Of a stretch of DNA of 40,305 nt, positions 11,451 through 21,984 are shown piece by piece; positions within the stretch are counted from its first letter, which is position 1; each line of letters opens with the position of its first letter. Origin of the DNA: Octopus bimaculoides. Its lineage: Eukaryota. Both the position numbers and the translations under genes were made by a program. The notes below the pieces were generated by a model, which saw nothing but the letters and a program-made list of their open reading frames with translations, did not search any database and had not been told where the DNA came from. The stretch lies in NCBI RefSeq assembly GCF_001194135.2, contig NC_068982.1, forward strand, positions 167,865,809-167,906,113, written 5' to 3'.

Positions 11451-11695
11451 CTACGTATGTTGTAGCCTAGTAGTTGCTAATAGATGTTAGTGGTTTTAGC
11501 ACTGATGCATTCGGATCAATTTCCGTTTTTTTTTTCAATTTGATTGTGCTGTTAAGGATGACGTTGGACAATAATGTGAAAACTTCTCAATTTGTGTTAG
11601 GCTTCTAACATTACGCTTGTTAGTAACAGTGGGTCACTTCTCTTGTCTAACGTGGGTATTGAAATTGTTCATTATTATCATCACTCTCTTTTTAA

Positions 11696-11910
11696 GGCAG
11701 GGAGTTGGCAGAAACATTAGCACTCCGGATAAAATACTTAGCGGCATTTCGTCCGTCTTTATATTCTGAGTTCAAATGTCGCTGGGATCGCCTTTGCCTT
11801 TCATTCTATTGAGATCGATAAAATAAGCACCAGTTAAGCGCTGGGGTCGATTACATCGACTTACCCCGTCCCTCGAATTTGCTGGCCTTGTCCTTAAATT
11901 TGAAACCATA
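11696..11910 (+). mobile_element. SINE family C
   Basis: ggcagggagttggcagaaacattagcac..ctgagttcaaat..ttgcctttcatt..ctggggtcgatt, colinear with 33749-33980. Confidence 0.85.
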
Positions 11911-12587
11911 ATTACATCTCTTCTCATTAAAGTACACTGTATACGATCATTTGCAAAGTACCATTGAACTCTTTCTTTGCCCTAGCATAGGGATGTAAGC
12001 ACTAATGAAATTAGCTAAAAATCCCTTTCTGATGGGGCTGTTAAACTCATTGTCCGATCATTGAAATTACTTCTTTACTGGTCTGATTTTGCTAAAATAC
12101 TTCTTTTGTGGCAATGCCAACAAATGACACGTGACGTTGTTGCAATATGTCCGCCTAATAATGTATATTCCACATTCTCGATCCTGCCGTTCGGACCTCA
12201 ATATAGTAAATGTAGTACGCCTTCCTGTCTGACCATATGTTTTCTATCTCGTAAACATTCTAACATTAAAGTAGGTCAAATAAAGGTTTGCTTTATAGCA
12301 TGGTGGTAAATTTTCGCTTCTGTTTCTAACAGTTAACAACTAGCACGAGCCTTAGAAACTCAGGCAGCGATTTATTCAACACAATTTTGACTAGTTAGCA
12401 TTATTTCATACAACTGCATACATATGAATTTCAGTGCAAATGGGAAACCACTCGTGGTGGTAAGGGTGGACGGAAAATGAGAGATCAGGTTGTGGTGGAG
12501 GAGAACGAAAATTCTACGCCGCGTACGGTAGAGAGTTTTGACGGCAACTTATCTTAACTTCTAAAAGAAATCCACAGAACATTTAAT

Positions 12588-12589
<2 letters not shown>

Positions 12590-12652
<63 letters not shown>

Positions 12653-12668
12653 AAGAGAGAGAGAGAAA
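12590..12668. repeat. (GA)n microsatellite
   Basis: Direct. Confidence 0.95.
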
Positions 12669-13168
12669 GAAAGGGCGATAAGAAGTGATAATGCAAGAGG
12701 CCTATAAAATAGAAGCTTTGATAACTAAAATCTTATGTTTCGTCAGAAACGTATATTCGGATAATATAGGAGATCGAATTCCAATGTCTGACATTAAATC
12801 CTTTTGACTTGCTGCAAGGTAAATTTCGACAGTAAAGGGATGTGAACGATTGAATGGCCTGAATGAATTATTGGCTTTTAATTCATTGGCCACAAAAGTT
12901 CGAAAAGTATCATCAATCACCATGGATTTATCGTACAACGATAAAAGAACAAGATATGTACCTAAAGGCAATTAATTCAAATCACTATAGATCTTGCTAG
13001 CTTAGTATTCTTACAATTTTTAATATAGGCGACGCCAGTATTCACTAATAGGATTGGCTTAATGAATCGAAAGAGGGGACTCTATGTGGTCACTAGATTT
13101 TCAAGAAATAGCAGTCAAATCTACCCACCTGGTGTATTGCTACGAAGAAGCAGTGGTTATGGCTAGGA

Positions 13169-13360
13169 TGTAACCTCACCATCGTTCACAAAATTCAGGA
13201 ATCGCAATGGTGGGGGGTAAGCATTTAAACTCATATGCGAAGATTAGTGAGTTGAGAGAAAAGAAGCTTCTTATATTCGACATCTGTTTCGTAATATGTG
13301 TTAGTTAAATAAGCGACCTTCTCTCATCCGTCACGCACATATATAAATATACATACATAC
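13169..13360 (+). repeat. Local duplicate block B (paralog at 16081-16270)
   Basis: Direct: tgtaacctcaccatcgtt..tattcgacatctg..catccgtcac..atataaatatacatac occurs in both places. Confidence 0.85.
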
Positions 13361-13410
13361 ACGCATACATACGTAAATACATAATTACACACACGTGAAC
13401 ATACATACAT

Positions 13411-13454
<44 letters not shown>

Positions 13455-13521
13455 NNNNNNNNNNNNNNNNNNNNNNNNNNNNNNNNNNNNNNNNNNNNNN
13501 NNNNNNNNNNNNNNNNNNNNN
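13455..13521. other. Assembly gap (N run)
   Basis: Direct. Confidence 1.
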
Positions 13522-13583
13522 TCTTGGGGAAATTTCGAACCTGGTTCTCATTCCTAAGATATTTTTCGATGTTGTTGTTGTTG

Positions 13584-13661
<78 letters not shown>

Positions 13662-13750
13662 TCACTGCCTGGAATCGAACTCGGAATCTTGGGGTTAGTA
13701 GCCCGCGTTCTTAACCACTACGCCATATGCCCGTGGGCATATGGCGTAGT
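13522..13750 (-). mobile_element. SINE family E, well preserved, with palindromic 5' junction and expanded (AAT/AAC)n
   Basis: Minus strand: A box tggcgtagtgg and B box gagttcgattcc. Perfect 16-bp inverted repeat at 13717-13732 / 13735-13750. The tail runs into the N gap exactly where the hammerhead is expected. Confidence 0.9.
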
Positions 13751-13784
13751 TAGCCTGCGGAGACATCTTCGTTGGTTACAAGTC

Positions 13785-14450
13785 TGCCCTCTCCAACAAA
13801 GTTAAAACCAGCTACATACAATATTAGATCACCCGTATACACAAGAGATGAAGTGGCAGCGCCAGCCAGGGCGCACGAGTTGCACAGTTCCTTAAGATAC
13901 TTGGAATCAATGGATATCAAGCACTCTGCCACAATCATCCTACACGAATACAAGCCAAATAAACGTGGCAAGAGGAATCTATCTCGGATCTACTTTCTGA
14001 GGATTCACCACTTTAGTGAGAAGACCACCTCTACCATCCGTAAGGCAATCCGCAGGGAAGACGTCAACCTTGTGCTAGCCCACTCGGGACCGTCCTTTCG
14101 TAGATACTGTCAACGAGGAGGTCAGATGCGGAATAGTAGCCCCGCACATTGGTAAATTGTCTTATACGCAACAAAAACAAATGTCTACGTGCTCACGTGG
14201 TGTACAAGATATGGTGCTCCAAATGCAGCAACTACTACACTGATAGTACGGTCTGACCGCTTCACGTCCCACTGAAGGAGCACCTGACTACCAACGCGTC
14301 TTCTTTCCGCAAGCACTTAACCAAATGTGGAAACACCACCAAAGAGACAGACGCATCCATATTGGCCTCAGAGAGGACTACAGGAAATCTCCATATAATG
14401 GAATCTTTACTGATGCACCGACTAAATCCGAAATCAATTGTCGATTGCAG
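13785..14450 (+). mobile_element. Penelope-like element remnant: RT thumb, linker and GIY-YIG endonuclease
   Basis: Translations FLKILGINGY; HHFSEKTTSTIRKAIRREDVNLVLAHSGP; CLRAHVVYKIWCSKCSNYYTDSTV*PLHVPLKEH..SSFRKHL..MESLLMHRLNPK (VVY-YIG, Arg-to-stop, EH, Glu and Asn motifs of PLE GIY-YIG). Confidence 0.88.
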
Positions 14451-14930
14451 TTGGTCCTGTGGAAACCATAAAAATACCACAAAACACTACCCGCATCACT
14501 GCGGCCATCGCCATCTTTATAATCATTACAATGGTGATTAGCACTGTTACCTACATACCAGCACCATATTCGCCGCCTCCACACCCTACGCCACTGCTAC
14601 TGCCTGCCGCGTCAGGGAATATTTGTTGTTGATAGCTATCAATCACATTTCCAACGTTTACTACAAGAACATATACCACCAATGCCATCTTCCACTACTA
14701 CTACCAGTACCACTGTCACCAACTACACCGATGTAGACAACACAATCACCGATTACCACTAATACCACAGCATTCACTACTATGGACAACCACTTTCACG
14801 ACCACCGCTGCTAACCTACAACCAGTCTTCACCGTCTCCTACACAACCAGTCCCAATGCGACCTCTGCACCACCACCAACAACAACAGCATTTGAGGAGC
14901 TGCTGCTACTAGCACAAGCACCGCACTATC
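14450..14930 (+). repeat. ACC/ACT-rich low-complexity tract following the PLE
   Basis: Direct: cac/tac/acc triplet enrichment and no long open frame. Confidence 0.6.
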
Positions 14931-15919
14931 CAAAATGGCAGGATCTATGTAAATACACATTTCTTTGACTGTTTTCTTTCTTGCGCCCGAAATATAAAGG
15001 ATTTTGAACTTCCCGCATTGTTAGAAGTTTTCTTTATTTCTCATTTCATTCAATATTCTACTTCTGTACTACAATGCTTGAAGCGAACTACAGCACTCTT
15101 CAGAAAATAAAGAATATAAAAGAAATAAATAAACAAATAGATAAAATAGAATGTTTGGGGGAAAATGAATGCGAGTTAGAGAAAAAGAGGAATATAAAGA
15201 CAAGAAGCATGGTTTGTTAAGGAGATTGGTATTTGTTTTAGTACGGAAATTTAGGTGCATAGCTGAGCGGCCTGAAGTATAGAAATATCCCGCTCGACTG
15301 ATTTAGAAGTGGTGGATATATTATTCTAAAACCATTGATAGGGCACCAACATACACATATACATATATGAATTTTATCAGAACATTCATGCACATATATT
15401 AACTTACACACGCTCACACGCACACCAGGTCGTGCACATAATGTATTCAAGCTAAAATAGCAGAAGTTCCACATTTTGTTTACTTGTCCAAATCAGTCTA
15501 TACTCACATACATACGCAGATAATATTCACAAACACATATACATACTTCAATTCGTACCGTGTCAAGCTATCCTATCATCAATCTTGAGAATTAAGAACT
15601 ACTGTAAATGGAAACAAGCTAAACGTTAAGGATAAAACATAATGAAACAAACTAATATAAGAGGAACGTAAATGAAGAAAATATACAATGAAGCACGCCA
15701 CACGCACACATACGTAATGGCAAATTCCATTCTACACATCCATCACTTATTTTCATTAAAGTTCAAAATTTATATGAGTTTCAAAACGCAGATCTGAATT
15801 CCAACTAAACTTCCTTATTAATACTTCATATTTTCTTACATTTGCTTCTGTTCCTTTAACTGAATATATCACCAATAATAATGGAAAATTAATAATACCA
15901 TTTCAAAAGGAAAGCTCAC

Positions 15920-16630
15920 TAATCTGCATACTCTTTACTGAAAAAAAGAGTGTGCGTATGTGTGTGCGTGTGTGCGCGATGTATGTAATTATATATCGTT
16001 TAAATTGTTTAAAACAGACCACAGACACAGTGGAGCACGGCATTGAAGGTTTTACTCAATCAAGTTGGCGCCGATGCATATGTAACCTCACCATCGTTCT
16101 GAAAATTGAAGATGCGCACTGGTGGAAGGTATACATTAAAACTCATCTGGGAAGAGAAGTGAATTGAGAGAAAAAATGCTTCTCATATTCGACATCTGCT
16201 TCGTAATCTGTATTAGTTAAATATACGACCCTCCCTCATCCGTCACACATATATAAATATACATACATACATACACACACACACACATACATACATACAT
16301 ACATTCCGATAAGGATTCCTCCAGAATACTAAAACTTTTAGTGACATGGTCCAATACATGGAATTCCCCATCGCACAAGTTGCACAGTTGCTTAAGGTAC
16401 TTGGAATCAACGGATATCAAGCGCCCGCCACAATCATCCTACACGATTAGAAGCCAAATAAACATGCCAAGAGGGATCTCTAATCTCCACTCTCTTTACT
16501 GAATGAAAAGTGTGTGCGTATGTGTGTGCGTGTGTGCGCGATGTATGTAATTGTGTATTGTTTAAAACAGACCACAGACACAGTGGAGCACGGCTCTGAA
16601 GGTTGTACTCATTCAAGTGGGCACCGATAT
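15920..16630 (+). repeat. Local tandem mosaic A-B-C-A' (period about 560 bp); C is a PLE RT-thumb fragment
   Basis: Direct: 15920-16078 resembles 16481-16630, 16081-16270 resembles 13169-13360, and 16373-16490 resembles 13873-13980. Confidence 0.85.
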
Positions 16631-16770
16631 ATATTTTATTCAAGTTGGCACCAATATATATTTTACAACTGTTACTTTATCGTGTCCTTTCACCCAACCG
16701 CCATATTATGGTAACGTTTACAAATCAATACTGGTATTAAACAGTAAGAAAAATACACACACATATATAT

Positions 16771-16990
16771 TCTTTTATTCATTTATTTTTTTCATTCAGT
16801 TCACTGCGACCATACCGCAACACCGTCTTGGAGGAGGGTTTTAGTCAAGCAACTCGACCGCAAACATATTGCGTAAGCCTGGTACTTATTCTGTCGGTCT
16901 CTATTTGGTGAACCGTTAAGTTAGGAGACGTAAACACACCAATACCGGTTGTCAAGTGGTGATGGGGGATAAATACAGACACAAAGACAT
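16771..16990 (-). mobile_element. SINE family BA, 3' half
   Basis: Reverse complement of the tail seen at 2701-2908, followed by (TA)n at about 17000-17110. Confidence 0.8.
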
Positions 16991-17043
<53 letters not shown>

Positions 17044-17133
17044 TATATGTGTATAGCTATATGTGTATATATGTATATATATTTGTATATATATATGTAT
17101 CTATATATTTATATATTTATTGTTTTCTTATGT

Positions 17134-17311
17134 GGCGCAGCAGTGGCTGTGCGGCAAGTAGCTTGCTTACCAGCCACATGGTTCTGGGTTCAGCCCCACT
17201 GAGTGGCACCTTGGGCAAATGTCTTCTACTATAGCCTCGGGCCGACCAAAGCCTTGTGAGTGGATTTGGGAGACGGAAACTAGAAGAAGCCCGTCGTATA
17301 TATGTATATAT
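17134..17311 (+). mobile_element. SINE family BA, 5' half (tRNA head)
   Basis: A box tggctgtgcgg, B box gggttcagccc, then caccttgggcaaatgtcttctactatagcc..gacggaaac..gcccgtcg(ta)n. Confidence 0.9.
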
Positions 17312-17907
17312 CTAAATAAGAACTGTATGAACCGTCGTTATTAGTCCACGTCCACTGTTGAACGAGAGGTTCATCCAGTCTATATCAGTTTTCTAGATTA
17401 TAGCTCCCCAGTAGCCTTTTAAGGCCATGACTTTCCCTTCTATCAATCGAGCCAACACTATCCACCCGTGCGTCAAGAATAGTGTTAAAGTCTCCTGCTA
17501 AAACTAGAGTTTTTGACGTCACCAGAAAGCTCTCCAGGTTTCGAAAAAAATCCTGCTTGTCTACACTCACTAGGAGCGTAAACAGTTAACAACCTGAAGG
17601 ACTGCGTACTTGCGTGTGTCACATATAGGACGACCAGCTTACTTTCTGGGTCCAGAAAGACTGTACCTTACCTGTACGTCCAATTTTTTTTTCTAAACAA
17701 GAGTACCACACCCCCGCCTCCCCGTCGGATAGGAGAAATCAATTTCGCATAACCATTTAGACGAGGCGAGAAGCCTGTGGCCCGTTCAACTTGGACTCAG
17801 TCACCACGCATGTATCAATCTAGGGACCTGAAGTCGTCCAGGAGACAAGTTTGCTTCCATTTAGACCCCAGGCCACGAACATTTATACAACCTAACTTAA
17901 TTTCCAT
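17312..17907 (-). pseudogene. L1/Tx1 ORF2 AP endonuclease, frameshifted and truncated
   Basis: ATG at 17907: MEIKLGCINVRGL ... VVTESKL ... GGGVVLLFRK ... FFRNLESFL..LVLAGDFNTILD ... QWTWTNNDGSYSSYLD. These are canonical L1-type endonuclease motifs. The RT is absent. Confidence 0.88.
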
Positions 17908-17925
17908 GGTAAAAAATAAAGTAAT

Positions 17926-18371
17926 TTACATTTTAAGTATGGGGAGGGGCTGCAGGGATTCGCCAACCTTCCCACTCCTTTTCTTTCTGGGGTGTAGCCG
18001 CTGTTGTAGCCGTTGGGCTAAACACAAGTCTTGGCTAACACCTTGTATGTGCTGCGGGTATCTTGCTTTAGATTGTTCGAATAGGTCTACTTCTCTCCTT
18101 ACCAACCGTATATTCGGTGGCATACCTTGCATTGGTTGTAAAATATACAATTTTTTATGCGCAGTTATTATTCTCGCTAGAACATCATTTTTCTCAATGT
18201 AGTTCACAATCCTTTCTCCTAGTGTATTTTAGAGGGGGGGGGGGTCGACTTAGGGGTGGATTGGGGAGTTTTTTATGTGTGTTTGCATTTTGTGTAAATG
18301 CCTTCTTTGTCAGGGGAGGGGAGTCTGGTGCACGGGCTTTTTTCTTTTATGTGAAATCACTGTGGCAAATT
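17926..18371 (-). pseudogene. Probable frameshifted C-terminal part of Tx1 ORF1
   Basis: Broken open segments (KEAEEEMKFATVISHKRKSP; NYIEKNDVLARIITAHKKLY..) lie between the zinc knuckle and the ORF2 start. Assignment is by position. Confidence 0.45.
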
Positions 18372-19196
18372 TCATTTCCTCTTCGGCTTCCTTTTGTTAT
18401 GCGTTTTCTGCGTTTTGTTTATTCTTTTCTTCCGCTTTTCCTGTGAAGCTTTCCGCCGCTTTCTTGTTACTTTCTGTTTGGGGAGGAACTTCATCCTTTT
18501 CCTGTTGATTATATTTAAATTAGTTTTGCAGTCCAAGCAGACGTGCCCTTTTTCTCCACATTTAAAACATCTAGGTCTACGTCCCTCGACTGGTACTCTA
18601 GCGCTCAGTCCCTCCCCTATAAAAGTGCGGTCTGGCTTCGATTCAAGCACGTCATGTGAGGCTTGAACTACCATCCCAAGAGTTTGGTATTTCCAGTTTA
18701 GAGCCTCTCTCTTTTTCCTCTGGAGTATTGTTATCTCCTCCTCTGAGTCGTAAATTACGGCGGCTGCCATCCATGTTACGTCGTAACCATCTGGTATCTT
18801 CTCTATAGTTATTTTTGCAGTTCTCCGACCTAAGTAAGTCGGGAGCAACATATTCATTACTTTTAAGCGTTTGGGTCCATATTTCTTTTGCTGTTTCAGC
18901 GTTCTCGAATTGCGCCTTAACAGTGGCGCTTCTTGGTCCTCGACCAACATACGTAATTTTTCCCCATATATGGCGAGGAACTTTTCTACCACCTCGTTCC
19001 TCACAAACATAATTCTTTTTTCCTTCCGGTTATATATTTTATAGACTACCGTTCTGGCAGTTAAGTTCTGTAACATATCCTGTGACGGCAACAGCTGTGT
19101 TTCATTGTCACTTTTTTTAATGAGGTTTCGAAATTTAAACAGTTGTTCCTTTGACAACTCCAATTCACAAAAATTACCACCAACAGCAGCAGACAA
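18372..19196 (-). CDS. L1/Tx1-type ORF1 (gag-like, CCHC zinc knuckle), probably a pseudogene
   Basis: Longest N-free ORF (274 aa). It contains CFKCGEKGHVCLDC (CX2CX4HX4C), preceded by LLPTYLGRRTAKITI and VEGRRPR, and lies upstream of the same-strand endonuclease. Confidence 0.8.
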   Translation of the reverse strand: MSAAVGGNFCELELSKEQLFKFRNLIKKSDNETQLLPSQDMLQNLTARTVVYKIYNRKEKRIMFVRNEVVEKFLAIYGEKLRMLVEDQEAPLLRRNSRTLKQQKKYGPKRLKVMNMLLPTYLGRRTAKITIEKIPDGYDVTWMAAAVIYDSEEEITILQRKKREALNWKYQTLGMVVQASHDVLESKPDRTFIGEGLSARVPVEGRRPRCFKCGEKGHVCLDCKTNLNIINRKRMKFLPKQKVTRKRRKASQEKRKKRINKTQKTHNKRKPKRK

Positions 19197-19620
19197 ACTG
19201 GGTTTTTCCTTTTCTTCCTGGTTACCACAGGCATAAATATTTTTTTGTCAAAAATGACAAGAATTAATTTTTTACCCTACAACGGGTACAAAAACAGTCC
19301 AAATCAGTTGTGCAAAAAGAATTTTCTGTCCCGCAGGGGGAAAAGTTTCGTCCACACGACAACAGTTCAATTTCAACAAGAGCTTAAACGTAACAATTTC
19401 AACACATAAATCAACAATAAGAAGAATACATTAAACAAATAAACTCATTGAGCAACAGCAGCCGAACGCAGAAGAGTGACAACCACCGGTTGGCGATGGG
19501 AAGTGGTTCTCGATGCAAATATATATATATATACTTTTTCCAGTGACGAACAGTCGCTGATCTCGAAAAAGTGGAAACAAGCAATAATAAATCTCTGAGC
19601 GAGGTATAAACAGTAGCTGC
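19197..19620 (-). mobile_element. Probable Tx1 5' UTR
   Basis: Non-SINE, relatively CpG-rich sequence between the ORF1 start and the SINE junction at about 19622. Inferred from position. Confidence 0.45.
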
Positions 19621-19624
19621 ACAT

Positions 19625-19760
19625 GACGGGCTTCTTTAAGTTTCCGTCTACCAAATCCACCCACAAGGCTTTGGTCGGTTGGAGGTTATAGTAGAAAACA
19701 CTTACTCATGGTGCCACGCAATGGAACTGAACCCGGAACCATATGGTTGGGAAGAAAGCT
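19625..19760 (-). mobile_element. SINE family BA, 5' half
   Basis: Reverse complement of the head and body seen at 17134-17296. Confidence 0.85.
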
Positions 19761-19946
19761 GTCTCTTGCTATTCTGATTTCCGTCAGTGGGTGCAAGGCG
19801 TATTCAGGCATGTTACAACTGATGGAATTTGCACATAAACATATATGAATATATTTACGCATAAGCTTACTGTCGCAGGGTGTCTTGATGGAGGGGAATG
19901 AGATAAAGTGAAAACGGGGATTAAAAGGAGAAAATAAAAATAGAGA

Positions 19947-20385
19947 GGTGCAGGAGTGATGTGTGTTAAGAAGTATGCTTCACAACCGCACCGCTTGGGG
20001 TTCAGTCCCACTGCATGGCACCCACCTTGGTCATATGTTTTCTATGATGGCTTTGGGCTGGCCAAAGCCTTGTGTGTGGATTTGGTAGACGGAAACTGCA
20101 AGAAACCCGTCGTGCGTGTATATATATATATATATAAATGTGTGTGTATATGTGTGTGTGTGTGTGGTGTTCCCCACCACAGCTTGACAACCGATGTTAG
20201 TGTGTTTATGTTCCGATAACATAGCGGTTCGGCAAAATTGACAGATGAAATGAGCTGCAGTCTTAAAAAAGTACTTGTACTTAATAAAAGTAGTGGGCTC
20301 CATCCATCCGTCTACAAATTCTTCAAGGTGGTGCCCCAGCATGGTCGCAGTTTAATAACTGAAACAAGTAAAAGATGAACGATAA
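19947..20385 (+). mobile_element. SINE family BA, complete architecture (head - internal TA/TG microsatellite - tail)
   Basis: Contiguous head (ggtgcaggagtg..gggttcagtcccactg), (TA)/(TG) tract at 20115-20165, then tail ending ggtggtgccccagcatggtcgcag..ctgaaacaagtaaaag. This shows the two halves are one element. Confidence 0.85.
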
Positions 20386-20889
20386 AAGAAAAAAACACAA
20401 AAAAGAAAACAAAATAAAAGAGAAAATAAAAATAGAAATAAAAAGAGAGAAGAAAGTAAGAGGAAGAAGAAGAAGAAAGGAAGAATATGTAGAACGAAGT
20501 AGAATAGGCAGGTGTTAGAATGGTAAAAGACTTCAATGAAAAAAATATTCAATGGCTAAAATGGCGGATAAGAGAGCAAATGAACTTAGATCCAAAAGAG
20601 TTACAATGATCTGTTGTAAAGAAGAGAGAAAATTATTGGTGATGGCATATAAAAGTAGAAATAGATAAATGTCTATAAATGAATAAAATGACAATTAAAA
20701 TTGAACATTTGTAACACCTGCCCACCTTACCTTATTCTCCTTCCAATTAAAACACACCCATTATCCCCACCAGAGTTTTTACTACTTAGACTGCCACTCC
20801 TTCTTCCATTTCTTTACTTTCTTTTTTTCTTTCTTCTTTTCTATTTTATCTCACTTCTCTTCTATAGCCACACTCTATGACAGGAATAC

Positions 20890-20952
20890 TATGCGTGTGT
20901 GTATGTGCGTGTGCGTGTGTGTGTGTGCGTGTGTGTGTGTGTGTGTGTGCGC
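20890..20952. repeat. (TG)n microsatellite
   Basis: Direct. Confidence 0.9.
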
Positions 20953-21094
20953 GCGGTTGTAAATTCCATAATTTCTTCAGTTGTGACTTGCTTAAAATTC
21001 CTTTTCGACACTCAGTATAGCAAGAGACTAACTAGAAGAATGTAGAGATATTAAGTTTTATTTTGGTGTCTTCTGATAGTCAACATTGAACTAC

Positions 21095-21215
21095 ACAATT
21101 TCCGTCAGCCAAATTCACTAACGACGCTTTGGCCGATCTAGGAATATAGTAGCGTGACACTTTCAACATGTCAAAAAAAAAAAAAATGGAACTGATTCCC
21201 ATGTAGTTGCAAACA
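21095..21215 (-). mobile_element. Decayed SINE family BA 5' half
   Basis: tttccgtcagccaaattcact..gctttggccga..tatagtag..gacact..aatggaactga matches the reverse-complemented head. Confidence 0.6.
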
Positions 21216-21344
21216 AACGAACCTCTGTTTCTCAATTTTACACAGAATTAAAATTCTCGCTACATTTCACGAGGTATGTATTTCTATAATTCCCATAACA
21301 ACTCGTTGATAAAAGTTAATGTTATATTCAATCTTCATAATTTC

Positions 21345-21460
21345 CGTGATTCCACTGTGAGGTTGAGTTTACCTTTCACCCTTTTTGAGGTCGGTAAAAT
21401 AAGTACCAGCTGAACACAGTGTTCAATATAATCGACTTCCCACCCACAAAATTGGTGCAG
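21345..21460 (+). mobile_element. Decayed SINE family C fragment
   Basis: gaggttgagtttacctttcaccct..ggtcggtaaaataagtaccag..atataatcgact. Confidence 0.65.
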
Positions 21461-21503
21461 AATAATTCAACAGAGAGGAGTCGAAAATCTGCGAGACAAC
21501 TGC

Positions 21504-21755
21504 TCAACCCAGAATGGATGATGCGCTCAAGCTCGCCAAAAGAAATTTATTTACATGCTTGCATATGTTGAAAATTTTGGATCTAGAATTATGTAGTGTG
21601 ATGGAATCCTTGGATCCAAATCGAATATGCAATCTTTCGGCTACGTATAAGTTGCATTTAGATCCATTTATATATGGCGTTGATTTCTCCACGATTCTCC
21701 ACTTAATTGTGTGTGGTCGACTGGGTTGGTTTTGATTGACAATTCAGCGTTATCA
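21504..21755 (-). mobile_element. Penelope-like element C-terminus (second GIY-YIG type with Cys/His-rich tail)
   Basis: Minus-strand HTIKWRIVEKSTPYINGSKCNLYVAERLHI..NSRSKIFNICKHVNKFLL matches the PLE C-terminal pattern IKW.I....PY....K.C.LC..EK..I...LN.RSE....CRH.NKF. Confidence 0.75.
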
Positions 21756-21984
21756 CATAAAGATAAGAGTATAATTCGTATATGTTTTTAATCTGAGCTA
21801 ATTAGCTATAAATCTTTTTCTAATTAATTAGTTACACGATGTCTACAAATATACCGTTAGTGATCCCTATATTATACCAATAATTAAACTAATAGCGGGA
21901 ATCTTAGTGCAGTAATAATACAACTAGTTAATTCTAAATTGTAGCAAACATATATGTATACATACACCTGAAGAGCTAAGGTAC

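Noticed and set aside
12702-12971. 89-aa minus-strand ORF, and a possible plus-strand 72-bp exon at 12747-12818
   Set aside because: No recognisable motif; the candidate exon has stops in all three frames.
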